Source: Nibricoccus sp. (GTDB lineage: Bacteria > Verrucomicrobiota > Verrucomicrobiia > Opitutales > Opitutaceae). Taken from it: DNA of 64,000 nucleotides. The notes below the pieces were generated by a model. That model had not been told where the DNA came from, ran no database searches, and saw only the letters and a list, made by a program, of their open reading frames with translations. The stretch is taken from positions 1,440,001-1,504,000 of the forward strand of contig JASGHG010000001.1 of NCBI GenBank assembly GCA_047602425.1, in the 5' to 3' direction. This document shows positions 19,044 through 28,990 of this stretch, in pieces; position 1 is the first letter of the stretch, and the number at the start of each line of letters is the position of its first letter. A program made the translations under genes and the position numbers.

Positions 19044-19778
19044 TTATACCCCGGCCGCCGCAGCGTCGTCTATTAGCCAGACCACACGCTCGCGCCACTG
19101 ACGCACTTGTTGCACCGGCGTTTGCAGGGGCTGGTAGGCTCCCGTGAGGACCTGTTTGAGCATCGCGGCCTTGGCCGCGCCCAGCGCCATGATGACTATC
19201 AATCCGCAGGCCGCCAATCCCGTCGGGGTGATTGTCAAACGCCAGCCTTTGCCGGGAACGTCGACCGCCGTGAAAAGACGGCCGCCATCGTTCTTGACCA
19301 ATTCGCTGCCCGGAAAAATCGACGCGGTGTGGCCGTCATCGCCCATGCCGAGAAAACAAACATCGTACGTACGGCCTTCGCCGACACGCTCATCCCACGC
19401 GACCGCGTACGAGGCCGCCGCTTCGCCCGGCAATTTCTCGACCGGCCAGGGGTGCTGTTGCGTGGCGGCAACCTGCAAGGGCTCCAACAACTCCCTCAGG
19501 GCATTGCCAAAATTGCTCTGATTGCTGTGCAACGGCACGCAACGTTCATCGCTCACCGTAAAATGCGTGGTGCGCAAAAATGCCTCCGGAAATTTCCGGC
19601 CGGCCACGCACCAGCGATACCACTCCTGCGGAGTCGAACCACCCGTCAGGGCCAGATTGAAAGTCGGCGAAACCGTCCTCGCCTGCCGGTCCACGGCCAG
19701 CTCGACGGCCTTGGCAAACAGTTCTTCGCGTGTGCCCACGATCAGGCGCCCGTAACCGGTGGTGGTTTCTTTTGTCAT
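19044..19778 (-). CDS. pgl: 6-phosphogluconolactonase
   Basis: LALTGGSTP, SDERCVP..SN, LGMGDDGHTASIFP motifs; in operon with zwf. Confidence 0.92.
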   Translation of the reverse strand: MTKETTTGYGRLIVGTREELFAKAVELAVDRQARTVSPTFNLALTGGSTPQEWYRWCVAGRKFPEAFLRTTHFTVSDERCVPLHSNQSNFGNALRELLEPLQVAATQQHPWPVEKLPGEAAASYAVAWDERVGEGRTYDVCFLGMGDDGHTASIFPGSELVKNDGGRLFTAVDVPGKGWRLTITPTGLAACGLIVIMALGAAKAAMLKQVLTGAYQPLQTPVQQVRQWRERVVWLIDDAAAAGV

Positions 19779-19779
19779 G

Positions 19780-20769
19780 TCAGAAAAACATCGCCTCGCT
19801 GAGCGCCGCGTCGCGCTTGAGCAGGCTGACCGCAATGTTCAGGGTCGAGCGTCCAGCGCCAAAATCGGCCTCGATGCTCGCGTGATTTTGCGAGAAATCG
19901 GCGTGCCAGCGGAAATAATGGCCGTTGCTGTATTCAAAATCCAACTTCAACGCGCTCTCCCCGTTCGCCGGCAGCGACTCGGTCGTGAAACCGACCGCCG
20001 CGACCGCGCCGCCGCATCCGCTCAAACGCTCGCGCGTCCACGCCAGCAATGCCCGCGCTTCCGCGGCGAGTTTTTGACTGTGCGTCACTTTCACGAACCG
20101 CAGGCCATCGACCAGCAAGGCCGGAGCGTAGCCGCTGAGCAGCTGTCCGACCGATTGTCGCACCGGCAACAAACGGGCCGCCACCAGATCGCGGACCACC
20201 TCGGGCCGCGGCCAGGCAAAGTTGAAGATCTCCGGATCGGCAATCGAAGAATCGATCAGGATGCGGTGGGAACGGCGCAGCAGGTGTTGGTAATCGTTTA
20301 ACCGATGAATAGAGGTAAAACGATGCACCCAGTAATAAAGCGGCAGGTCGGCGATCAGGCAGACCGAGAGCTGGCTTTCCAGGTACTTGCGGGCCGCAAA
20401 GGGATAGCTCAGCAGCACGAATTCGCAGCAACGCGTATCGCCCTTGGTCTTGCCGAGATGGCACTCTCCGTAAATCTTCGCGCGCATCTCCGTGCTGGGA
20501 TCGTCCATCGGCAGCGGGCAAAGTACGACCACGCGGCAGGGTGCACGTTGTGAAAACAAGACGGCCGTGCCGAACTGGCGGACCGCGTCCTCGATCGTTG
20601 TGCCAAAGCCGAGGTGCAGCACAAAGTTGACCTGCGTGGCTTTCACGTCGTCGGCCGCGGGAGCAGGGTCGCCGTGTTCCGCCGTATCCAGCCACCACGT
20701 GGCCAGGCTCTTGGCAATCGATCCCACTGGAACTTCGATGCCGGGAAGTGCGTCGAAAATTTTCGCCAT
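19780..20769 (-). CDS. opcA: Glucose-6-phosphate dehydrogenase assembly protein
   Basis: Between zwf and pgl; PCRVVV, CCEFV, LIADLPLYYW, LIDS, DL..ARL motifs. Confidence 0.8.
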   Translation of the reverse strand: MAKIFDALPGIEVPVGSIAKSLATWWLDTAEHGDPAPAADDVKATQVNFVLHLGFGTTIEDAVRQFGTAVLFSQRAPCRVVVLCPLPMDDPSTEMRAKIYGECHLGKTKGDTRCCEFVLLSYPFAARKYLESQLSVCLIADLPLYYWVHRFTSIHRLNDYQHLLRRSHRILIDSSIADPEIFNFAWPRPEVVRDLVAARLLPVRQSVGQLLSGYAPALLVDGLRFVKVTHSQKLAAEARALLAWTRERLSGCGGAVAAVGFTTESLPANGESALKLDFEYSNGHYFRWHADFSQNHASIEADFGAGRSTLNIAVSLLKRDAALSEAMFF

Positions 20770-20785
20770 GATCGTTCCGCGCGGG

Positions 20786-22324
20786 TTATGGCTGGCGCCA
20801 GGTATGTTTGCCGGCAGCAAGTAGTTCGTCCGCACAAGCCGGTCCCCAGGAGCCGGCGGCATAGCTGCCCATACCTTCGCGCCCGGCGGCCGCCCAGGCT
20901 TCGAGCACCGGCGTGTAAAGCGCCCAGGAGGTTTCGGCTTCGTCGCCGCGGATGAACAAAGTGCCATCGCCAATCATCGCGTCGAGCACCAGCCGCTCGT
21001 AGGCCTCGGGCGTGTTGGAGCCGAAGGTCGTGCTGTAGCGGAAATTCATTTTCACCGGCTGCATGCGCGTTTCGAGGCCGGGAACCTTGCCGTTGAGGAC
21101 GAGGCTCAGCCCTTCGTCGGGCTGGATTTGGAAAGCGAGCGTGTTGGCCGCGAGATTGAACTTGTCGCTTTCGGCAAACAACGTGCCCGGCGGACGTTTG
21201 AACTGTATCGCGATTTCCGATACGCGTCGCGCCATGCACTTGCCCGAGCGGATGTAGAATGGCACGCCCTGCCACCGCCAGTTGTTGATCGCCAGCCTCA
21301 TGGCCGCGTAGGTCTCGGTGTTCGATTGGGGATTGATGCCGCTTTCCTCGAGATAACCTTTCACCATCTTCCCGCCCATCATGCCCGCGGCGTATTGCGC
21401 ACGGCAAACGTCGCCGCCCGCGCCGAGTTTCAGCGGCTGAATGGCCTTGAGCACCTTCACTTTTTCGTCGCGCACCGCCTCCGCATCGAGCGAGACCGGA
21501 GGTTCCATCGCGGTGAGCGCGACGAGTTGCATCGTGTGATTTTGAATCATGTCGCGCAGCGCGCCACTCTGTTCGTAATAACCGCCGCGCGTGCCAACGC
21601 CGACTTCTTCCGCCACAGAAATCTGCACGGACTCGATGAAATTGCGGTTCCACAAGGGCTCGAAAATCGCATTGGCGAAACGCTGCACCAGCAAATCCTG
21701 CACGGTTTCTTTGCCGAGGTAATGATCGATGCGATAAACTTGGTGCTCCTCAAGCACAGAGCGGATCGTGGTGTTGAGAGCGCGCGCGGATGCAAGATCG
21801 CGGCCAAAGGGTTTTTCAATGATGACCTTCGATTGATGCCGCTTTCCGAGATAACGCCCCGCCAGGCCGCTGGCGCCGAGATTGATCAGGATCGGCGCGA
21901 ACACCGACGGCGGCGTCGAAATATAAAACAGCGTCTGCACCTCGCGGCCGATCTTCGTCTCGATCGCCGTGATGTGTTTGGCCAGCCGGTCGAAGGCCTC
22001 GCGTTCGTCGTAACCGCCCGCGACGTAACTCGTGTGTTCGGCGATGCGCTTCCACACGTCGGCGTTCAACTCGCGGCGGGAAAACTCCTTGATCGCGTCC
22101 GCGGCCAGCTGGCGAAATTCCTCATCGGGAATCGGTTTGCGGCCATAGCCCACGAGGAAAAAGTCCGCCGGCAACAAGTTGTCATAACCAAGATTGAAGA
22201 CGGCCGGGATGAGCTTGCGCGCGGTCAGATCGCCCGATGCGCCAAAAATAACCACCACGGTGGGCGGCGCGCCGCGGTGTTTGCTGAGGCCTTGCAGGAA
22301 AGGATGGCGTGGTGAGTCGGACAT
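20786..22324 (-). CDS. zwf: Glucose-6-phosphate 1-dehydrogenase
   Basis: FGASGDLTARKL, EKPFG, YRIDHYLGKETVQ motifs. Confidence 0.97.
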   Translation of the reverse strand: MSDSPRHPFLQGLSKHRGAPPTVVVIFGASGDLTARKLIPAVFNLGYDNLLPADFFLVGYGRKPIPDEEFRQLAADAIKEFSRRELNADVWKRIAEHTSYVAGGYDEREAFDRLAKHITAIETKIGREVQTLFYISTPPSVFAPILINLGASGLAGRYLGKRHQSKVIIEKPFGRDLASARALNTTIRSVLEEHQVYRIDHYLGKETVQDLLVQRFANAIFEPLWNRNFIESVQISVAEEVGVGTRGGYYEQSGALRDMIQNHTMQLVALTAMEPPVSLDAEAVRDEKVKVLKAIQPLKLGAGGDVCRAQYAAGMMGGKMVKGYLEESGINPQSNTETYAAMRLAINNWRWQGVPFYIRSGKCMARRVSEIAIQFKRPPGTLFAESDKFNLAANTLAFQIQPDEGLSLVLNGKVPGLETRMQPVKMNFRYSTTFGSNTPEAYERLVLDAMIGDGTLFIRGDEAETSWALYTPVLEAWAAAGREGMGSYAAGSWGPACADELLAAGKHTWRQP

Positions 22325-22472
22325 GAGCTGGTTAAAAGTGCTGGCGGGATGAAACAGTAAATCAGCCGCATTTCATGCATGAATGATGCCGTAACGGTGA
22401 ATATTTTTCATCATCTTGATCTACTTCATCGATACACGCCCGCCCGGGATTGGCAAATGGCGAAACGATTTC

Positions 22473-22913
22473 TCAGCCATGCCCGTTCGAAAACAGCGGA
22501 ATATTCTCGTAATGCCTAACCACCGGCTCATCGCCAGCCACCGCGCGCTGCACTTCGACAATGTCAAAACGGTAGGTCCGGGGCTGCTTCCGCTCGCCGA
22601 GGCGCCGGAGATAATCCGTGCACGCTCGCAGCATCACCCGCTTCTTGGCCTTGTCGACCGCATGATAGCCCGACACCAGGGCATCGCCCGCACGCGTTTT
22701 CACCTCGACGAAAACCAAAACCTCACCGTCCCGGCAAACGAGGTCGATCTCATCGCGGCGGTCGCGAGGACTGCGCCAGTTGCGCGCGACGATTTTAAAG
22801 CCGCTGTTCTTTTTCAGAAACGCCGCAGCCAGTCGCTCGCCTTCCAAGCCGGCGCGGGCGTTGGCATTGCGCGCAATTCTCGCTTCCCACCAATTTTTAA
22901 CAAGGGACCACAT
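22473..22913 (-). CDS. yraN: YraN family (UPF0102) putative endonuclease
   Basis: GxxGERLA, RNWR, EIDLV, VFVEVKTR, RFDIV motifs. Confidence 0.9.
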   Translation of the reverse strand: MWSLVKNWWEARIARNANARAGLEGERLAAAFLKKNSGFKIVARNWRSPRDRRDEIDLVCRDGEVLVFVEVKTRAGDALVSGYHAVDKAKKRVMLRACTDYLRRLGERKQPRTYRFDIVEVQRAVAGDEPVVRHYENIPLFSNGHG

Positions 22914-23035
22914 CGGCCTTCATGAGGCAGTACGGGACGCAGTCTGACAAGCCTGTTTGCCGAGTGGAATTTGCACAACGGTTGCGCTATTGTACCAATT
23001 GACACCGTCAATTGAGATTTTGGCGCGGCAGCGCC

Positions 23036-23121
23036 GGTAGGGACGACCCGCCGGGTCGTCCGCCTACGCCGCCCGTGATGGATCCAGTCGAAAACGGTCG
23101 GCCCGGCGGGCCAACCCTACC
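23036..23121. repeat. GTAG-type REP doublet (REPIN-like)
   Basis: GGTAGGGACGACCCGCCGGGTCGTCCG ... CGGTCGGCCCGGCGGGCCAACCCTACC. Confidence 0.8.
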
Positions 23122-23144
23122 TTTAGCAAACGAATAAATGGTAT

Positions 23145-23187
23145 AAAAAAAAGGCTTCCGGTCATCGCGCTTGATGAACCGGAAGCC
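23145..23187 (-). terminator. Intrinsic terminator of the ECF-PDZ operon
   Basis: GGCTTCCGG/CCGGAAGCC stem with an 8-nt U tract on the minus strand. Confidence 0.75.
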
Positions 23188-23210
23188 CGCACCAAACCCT
23201 CGAAGATCAA

Positions 23211-24125
23211 TCAGGACGCGCTATCTTCGTCGAACGACAGCTCAAATGGTTCGGGCATCTCCCCGTTGCCGTGGATGGTCGTCGCGGAACTCCGGAAGCC
23301 CGGTTTCGGCGGCAGGGGCGGCGCGGGTATGCGCACATCGGTCGATTCCATTTTCTCAAGCCGTTCGCGCACTTCCTGCGGCATGGCTTTGCGTTGGTCC
23401 GGAGTATCGACTGGGCCCGAAAAGATTACTTCGTTTTTGTCATTTCGAGCGGTTAGGAATTTCTTGCCGTCCTTGTGGCTGACCTCAAGCCGACCCTTGC
23501 CGTCTTCGAAAACCATCACGGCGTCCTTGTGCTCGATTTTGGAAATCCTCATTTCGCCCGGGTGAACTTCACGAAATGCGAGGGTCGATGGGCCAAATGG
23601 CTCGCCTGCTGTGCGAGCGAAAAACTTGTTTTTGTTCGGAGGCAATTTCAACCCTGCCTCGGTCACCTGATGTTTGGCCAACTTCACGCGAGCCGTCTGC
23701 TGCTTGCCGGCGCGGTAGTAGGTTAAAGTTACCTCGTCGCCTTCCTTGTGCGAGCGAACCAACACGCCGAGCTGCCGCGACTCAATCAACACTTGATCGT
23801 CGAGCCGAACCAGCACGTCGTGCACGTTCAACACACCCGCCGCCGGTCCATCCGGAACTACTTCTACGACGACAAGACCTGTTTCCTTGGGCATTTGGAG
23901 TTGCGCCGCGACCGCATCGTCGGCGTTGCGCGTCACGAGGCCGATAAAGGTCACTTCCTGCATCGGCGCGGAAGCGTGTTTAATCTGCACGCCTCTTTCT
24001 TCACGCACAACGCTCGCCGTGGGCAATGCGGTTTCAGCGGCCCAAGCAGTGACGGTCAATGGTATCGCGAGCAATAAAACTATCTTGGAGATGGTTCGTT
24101 TCATAATGAATGGATTCGTTTTCAT
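23211..24125 (-). CDS. Secreted PDZ-domain protein
   Basis: Signal peptide; FIGL..GLVVVEVVPDGPAAGVLNVHDVLV PDZ pattern. Confidence 0.8.
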   Translation of the reverse strand: MKTNPFIMKRTISKIVLLLAIPLTVTAWAAETALPTASVVREERGVQIKHASAPMQEVTFIGLVTRNADDAVAAQLQMPKETGLVVVEVVPDGPAAGVLNVHDVLVRLDDQVLIESRQLGVLVRSHKEGDEVTLTYYRAGKQQTARVKLAKHQVTEAGLKLPPNKNKFFARTAGEPFGPSTLAFREVHPGEMRISKIEHKDAVMVFEDGKGRLEVSHKDGKKFLTARNDKNEVIFSGPVDTPDQRKAMPQEVRERLEKMESTDVRIPAPPLPPKPGFRSSATTIHGNGEMPEPFELSFDEDSAS

Positions 24126-24131
24126 GGTAAA

Positions 24132-24554
24132 TTAGTAAGCCACGAGGGGCACGATGCGCAGTTCTTCGCGCGGCGTGGTCATCGTCAGGGTTCGGCCGCC
24201 GCCGCTCCAACGGACGGTGTCCATATATTGAATACGCGTCCGCCAGACCGTGGAGCCGTCGGCCAGCTTCACCACACCGTCCTCATGCGTGTCGCGCATT
24301 TCGTTTTCGATCGCCACCGGATTCAGCGCGGCGCCGGCAGGTGCGGTTTGCATCAAACCCGCCGCCAGCACCAATGCCGCCGCCACACCGGAGACCGCGA
24401 GCATGCGCCAGACACCCCGCCAGCCATCCGCCTTTGACGCTCTTTTCAGTCCAGCCGCCACCTTCGCTTCACAAAGCTCCGAAGGGGCCCGAGGACACAA
24501 CCGTTTCAATTCGTCTTCCAGTTCGTGTAATGGGTAGTTCATGGCAGCGGACAT
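24132..24554 (-). CDS. Putative single-TM anti-sigma factor
   Basis: Directly downstream of the ECF sigma gene; one TM helix. Confidence 0.6.
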   Translation of the reverse strand: MSAAMNYPLHELEDELKRLCPRAPSELCEAKVAAGLKRASKADGWRGVWRMLAVSGVAAALVLAAGLMQTAPAGAALNPVAIENEMRDTHEDGVVKLADGSTVWRTRIQYMDTVRWSGGGRTLTMTTPREELRIVPLVAY

Positions 24555-25060
24555 TTGTCGGTAACGAGAAGTTCGCGCAGCGCCATCAGAGCGTAACGGT
24601 AACGCGAAGCCGCGGTGTTGGGCGAAAGACCCAGTTGCGCCCCGATTTCCTCAAACGTGCGCTCGCCCCAAATTTTGAGCACAAGCACCTCGCGCAGCTT
24701 TTCGGGGAGTTGTCGAATAGCGGCTTCGATGGCAACGCGGCGATCGTCGTTTTCGCCCAACGTTTCAAAAAGCCCGAAATCGCCGCCTGCTGGTTCGGCT
24801 TCGGCCGTGAGCTCACGCTGGGCCCGCCGGAGATTGCGTCGCGCCAGATCCACCGCCGCGCGGCGGATCGAGGCAAACAACAAACCCAGCGGCTCTCCTC
24901 CGAGCTTGCGCTGGTGTTTCCAAAACCGCACGAAGGCCTCCTGCACGACATCCTCCGCGTCGATCCGGGTGCGTGTGGTCTGGCGGGCGAAGAGCAAAAG
25001 CTTGGGCCCATGCTGACGAAACCAGTCCTTCCAGGATTCATGTTGAGACGTATCCTCCAT
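24539..25060 (-). CDS. ECF sigma-70 factor
   Basis: DAEDVVQEAF region 2; LPEKLREVLVLK..TFEEIG..SPNTAASRYRYA region 4. Confidence 0.92.
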   Translation of the reverse strand: MEDTSQHESWKDWFRQHGPKLLLFARQTTRTRIDAEDVVQEAFVRFWKHQRKLGGEPLGLLFASIRRAAVDLARRNLRRAQRELTAEAEPAGGDFGLFETLGENDDRRVAIEAAIRQLPEKLREVLVLKIWGERTFEEIGAQLGLSPNTAASRYRYALMALRELLVTDKCPLP

Positions 25061-25247
25061 TCGTTGGCGGTTGTTGGGTTGAGCGTTTGTTATTGTACAG
25101 AAGAACGCGCCACAGACGTCCAAATTTGTCTGTGCCTGCGAAGAAAATCTACGACCCCACACCCCGCCCCAAGTTTCGTACCCATCCCGCCCAAAAGATC
25201 TTTCTCTTTCTCGTAATCTTTCTCCCCGCCCAACCGCGTGGCGCAGC

Positions 25248-25664
25248 CTATACGCGACCCACCCACCGCAACAACCGCTTCACCAATCGCGGCGTATTCT
25301 TCTTCGTCAGTTCGTGTTCCCAAATCCGCAGTACCCGCCAGCCGGCTTTGCGAAGCGTGCGGTCGACCCGTCGGTCACGCTGAATGTTTCCAAGAATCTT
25401 CGTGGTCCAAAAAGCCTCATTCTGTTTAGGCCATGTCGCATGTTTCGGACAGCCATGCCAGAAACAGCCGTCAACAAATACAGCCAGCTTTAATTTCGGA
25501 AAAACAAAGTCAGGCCTGCCGATCAGCTTCGATCCTCGCCGCCAGCCTGTAATCTCATTCACTCTAAAAACCACCACTAACCGCAGCTCAGTATCTTTAT
25601 TTCCCTTCCCGCGTATGCGTCCCATTACCGCCGAGCGCTTGGTTTTGGTGAAGACGTCGGGCAT
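25248..25664 (-). CDS. vsr: Very short patch repair endonuclease
   Basis: RSAVMGRIRGK, GRPDFV, FVDGCFWHGC, GWRVLRIWE motifs. Confidence 0.95.
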   Translation of the reverse strand: MPDVFTKTKRSAVMGRIRGKGNKDTELRLVVVFRVNEITGWRRGSKLIGRPDFVFPKLKLAVFVDGCFWHGCPKHATWPKQNEAFWTTKILGNIQRDRRVDRTLRKAGWRVLRIWEHELTKKNTPRLVKRLLRWVGRV

Positions 25665-25670
25665 CGGCTT

Positions 25671-26840
25671 CTAGCACTCAACGCCATGTAGCTCACGAAC
25701 TTTGTTTATGAACCCGTCAACAGTAAGCATTCGGATTCCTGTACTGGCATCATATCCCTTGTGGTAAGGCTTCGGTACAACAAGGGTCACGTTTGCTTCG
25801 CGCATTTCCACGAGTTGATCAGACGAAATGGCTGCTTGGAGTGTCAGTAAATGTTTTTCCTTCACTCGCCTCCCCTCATTCAAAATTTGCCTCCACCGAT
25901 CTTTGCAGGTTGTCTTCAGACCGACAACGATCAGACGAGAAGCAGGGTACGAGACGTTATCATAAGCAGTTTTCCCGGGAATAAGCAGGTCGGGCTTTAC
26001 CTTGCCATCAATCCGAGCCTGCCGATCAAAAGGTAGTTTCTCTGCTCTAAGCAGTTCTTCAACATGATGCTCCAGACTATGACCAGCACGGGACTTTCTC
26101 CGGTTCATGACTGTAGCCGCCACAGTTATAAACTCATCAATATTCCCGAATTTTTTCCGAACGGAAGGCAGTGATATTTTTCGCTCCAGTGTACGAAAAA
26201 GTTGATATTCCGCTGCAATCCATTTGAGCAATCGGTCATCGGCAGAAGTCTTCGCTTGATCTCCCGCGCATTCATTAACCGCATCGCGTGCACGTGACGC
26301 CATCCATTGGCCAGTAGGGAAATCATCAAGCGGCTTTATTACTCCCGAAAAAACTCGATCGAGGCATTCATCTTCGGTTTCCGACTTCACCAGCCCTTTA
26401 TTAAACACCCCCCATTCGTCATAAATTTCGATTCCAAGTGATGCCTGTAACGTTTCGATTTCCTCCTCGGTTTCCAAAACATATGCGCTGAATTGACTAA
26501 GCGAAAATGGAATCAGTACCAACAAGCTACCCACAAAACTCTCGTGCAACCACGGGAAGTTTTTCCCGAAGCGAGTTAGACGGTATTCTTTTCGTGTTCC
26601 TTGACCATACCAAGTAACTACCGACTCGGTAATGATATGTTCAGGCCAATTGATTCGCACCAGAGATTTGTGATTGATTCCTTTGACAGGTCCGTTTTGC
26701 GAAAACATCCGCCATGCCGATTTGGGTAAATAGAAACCACACTGATGGGCGCCAGTGGCGCCAACATCATTTCTAGAAATAAACTTACAAAGAGCCTTAC
26801 CCACTTTAAGCGCGTCGGCGATAGCCTCTTCGAGTTGCAT
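25671..26840 (-). CDS. Type II restriction endonuclease, EcoRII-like (N-terminal effector and catalytic domains)
   Basis: K..S.NDVGATGAHQ.G.Y, EYRLTRFG, NRRKSRAGHSLE, KPDLLIP, KTTCKDRWRQIL.E motifs. Confidence 0.9.
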   Translation of the reverse strand: MQLEEAIADALKVGKALCKFISRNDVGATGAHQCGFYLPKSAWRMFSQNGPVKGINHKSLVRINWPEHIITESVVTWYGQGTRKEYRLTRFGKNFPWLHESFVGSLLVLIPFSLSQFSAYVLETEEEIETLQASLGIEIYDEWGVFNKGLVKSETEDECLDRVFSGVIKPLDDFPTGQWMASRARDAVNECAGDQAKTSADDRLLKWIAAEYQLFRTLERKISLPSVRKKFGNIDEFITVAATVMNRRKSRAGHSLEHHVEELLRAEKLPFDRQARIDGKVKPDLLIPGKTAYDNVSYPASRLIVVGLKTTCKDRWRQILNEGRRVKEKHLLTLQAAISSDQLVEMREANVTLVVPKPYHKGYDASTGIRMLTVDGFINKVRELHGVEC

Positions 26841-26844
26841 AATG

Positions 26845-27963
26845 TTATTTTTGTTTGGGAGATTTCGCGGCTTTCCCAGTTTTTTGGGCCTTCTTGTCCT
26901 CGTAGTGGTTTTGGGCGTCGGCCAAAATCAGATCAGGGACATAATCCGGTGCGCGGCTCAAAGATTGAACGACCGACTTTGCGATGCGTTCGACTACAGG
27001 CACCACAACTGAATTTCCAAACTGTCTGTATGCCTGCGTGTCTGAAACGGGAATTTTAAAACTTTCTGGATACCCCATGAGACGAGCGCATTCGCGGGGG
27101 GTAAGACGACGAGGAGGAGTTCTAGCACCTTGTGAGACCAATATTTCGGATCCGTCTTTGTAATACCGCGCGCTGAGCGTACGAGCAGTATCCTTGCCCG
27201 TCACCAAACCAAATCCAAAACCGTTGCCGGCATCCTGATGCTTTTTCGCATAGGACTGGAGATAAGACCAAAGATTTTCGGTGAGCGTGTATTTGTCAGG
27301 CACATCGCTTTGAAGGATCGAAGCCAGCTTGGGTTCAGTAGAAGGAAATGCGGGAAATTCGAAAAATCGGGGCTCGCGAAAGCCAACGAGAAAAATACGC
27401 TCACGGTGTTGAGGCACCACATTTCGAGCATCGATAATCTTGGTGTGGACCTGATAGCCGAGCCCACGAGTCAGCGTATCATGGATTACTGAAAATGTGC
27501 GTCCCTTATCATGGCTTTTGAGATTCTTGACGTTCTCCAGCACAAAGGCAGTTGGTTTGTGATAGTCGAGAATCTCAGCAATAGCGAAAAAGAGATTCCC
27601 CTGCTTCTCATCATCAAATCCATGTTTCCGGCCCAAGCTATTCTTCTTGGATACTCCAGCGAGACTGAATGGCTGACATGGAAAGCCTCCGCACAAAATA
27701 TCATGCGCAGGCACATCGGCAACAGCAACGGTATGGATATCACCATGCGGTTTTTCGCCAAAGTTAGCTGCATACGTTATCTGTGAGTGTATATCCCAAT
27801 CAGAGGAAAATACGCATTGTCCACCGGCTTTTTCGAAAGCAATGCGGAACCCGCCAATTCCACAGAAGAGATCGATAAATTTGAAAGGCTGTTTTGATTT
27901 TCCACCATAGAGAGATTGTTCTTCTGCAACTACAGTGGATGGACGACGACGGTATTTGGTCAT
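26845..27963 (-). CDS. dcm: DNA (cytosine-5)-methyltransferase, Dcm/M.EcoRII-like (likely CCWGG)
   Basis: [54 protein letters not shown] motifs. Confidence 0.93.
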   Translation of the reverse strand: MTKYRRRPSTVVAEEQSLYGGKSKQPFKFIDLFCGIGGFRIAFEKAGGQCVFSSDWDIHSQITYAANFGEKPHGDIHTVAVADVPAHDILCGGFPCQPFSLAGVSKKNSLGRKHGFDDEKQGNLFFAIAEILDYHKPTAFVLENVKNLKSHDKGRTFSVIHDTLTRGLGYQVHTKIIDARNVVPQHRERIFLVGFREPRFFEFPAFPSTEPKLASILQSDVPDKYTLTENLWSYLQSYAKKHQDAGNGFGFGLVTGKDTARTLSARYYKDGSEILVSQGARTPPRRLTPRECARLMGYPESFKIPVSDTQAYRQFGNSVVVPVVERIAKSVVQSLSRAPDYVPDLILADAQNHYEDKKAQKTGKAAKSPKQK

Positions 27964-28187
27964 CGCTCGATCCCCTCGCAAAGCTCCGCGACCGAAGTTT
28001 TGAGCGCCTTGGCGAGACGCGTTGCACTGAGGATAGTGGGATTCCGCTCACCTCGTTCCACTCCTCCTACATAGGTGCGATCCAACTCGGCTTTTTCAGC
28101 CAAGGCCTCTTGTGAAAGATCGCGGGCTTCGCGTTTTGCGCGGACGTTATTTCCAAATCGTTTGAGGACGGGTTCTCGGACAGGCAT
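27960..28187 (-). CDS. XRE-family HTH controller (C) protein of the RM system
   Basis: [37 protein letters not shown] overlap with the MTase; C-box upstream. Confidence 0.88.
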   Translation of the reverse strand: MPVREPVLKRFGNNVRAKREARDLSQEALAEKAELDRTYVGGVERGERNPTILSATRLAKALKTSVAELCEGIER

Positions 28188-28205
28188 CGACCGATACTAC
28201 CGGAC

Positions 28206-28240
28206 CGCCGACTATGAGACCACGGACTATAAGTATCATT
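28206..28240 (-). promoter_or_regulatory. C-box double operator
   Basis: Minus strand reads ATGATACTTATAGTC-CGTG-GTCTCATAGTC, about 22 nt upstream of the C gene; this matches the GACT-TAT-AGTC/CGTG architecture of C.Esp1396I/C.AhdI-type operators. Confidence 0.85.
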
Positions 28241-28562
28241 TTCGCCCGATCTCGGCGACGAAGACGCGTCGCCCTCCACCAGCAGGCAGAGCAAATCCCT
28301 TTTCCATAGGCCGCGAGCCCATTACACAAAACAGCCCACCCGCGCGGGGCGCTGGGTGGGCTGGAACTAACGGCTATCGTTAAGGGAGCCCTCATGGGCG
28401 AGGTCGCTTTCCCGGTGCACTTGTCTTGAAAACGACGCGAAGTAACCGGCGATGTCGAACCAACGCGCCGGGAAGTCGCGTTCCAGCCACAAAAACTGCA
28501 TATCGCGTGCAATTACGCCTGGCGAAGACCGTTTTGCCGAACCAGATGCTCGTTTTTTTCGC

Positions 28563-28960
28563 TCCAAGGGTCGTTTGACGTTCCCCAAGGCGGAACTGCA
28601 CGGCTCCAAGGTCAATCTGCCACCGCCTAAGCCCCAGCTGACACGCGCCAAGGGTCAGCTGCACGCAACCCGCTGGCAATTGCACCGGCCCAAGGCGGAT
28701 TTGACGGCGCCCAAGGCTCGTTTGTCACGATCCAAGGCCAATCTCCACGCAGCTTGGTTGCGATTGCACCGACCCAAGGTGCTTTTGTCGGCGCCCAAGG
28801 TAAGCTTGCACCTTCCCAACCCTCGCTTGCACGTGCCCACGGCGCTTCTGCACGCACCCAAGGTGCTGTTGTCACTGCCCAAGGTACGTCCGTCGCGGCG
28901 CACGAGGCGAATGTTCGAGCTCGAGGTTCAGCTGCACGGAGTAAAGGGTCAGTTCAGCAC
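28563..28960 (+). repeat. Degenerate 21-bp tandem array A (about 19 units)
   Basis: Consensus CCCAAGG-N5-YTGCAC-N3 at an exact 21-nt period with no indels. Confidence 0.9.
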
Positions 28961-28990
28961 TTCTCACTCAAACATACCAAAAGAGGCAAA

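Noticed and set aside
28563..28884. CCAAGG boxes as cognate sites of the adjacent RM system
   Set aside because: The MTase TRD indicates CCWGG, and CCAAGG does not contain CCWGG.
28563..28960. Array A as a CRISPR or TIGR array
   Set aside because: The period is 21 nt with only 3-5 nt variable segments, repeats are not identical, and no cas or Nop-domain gene is nearby.
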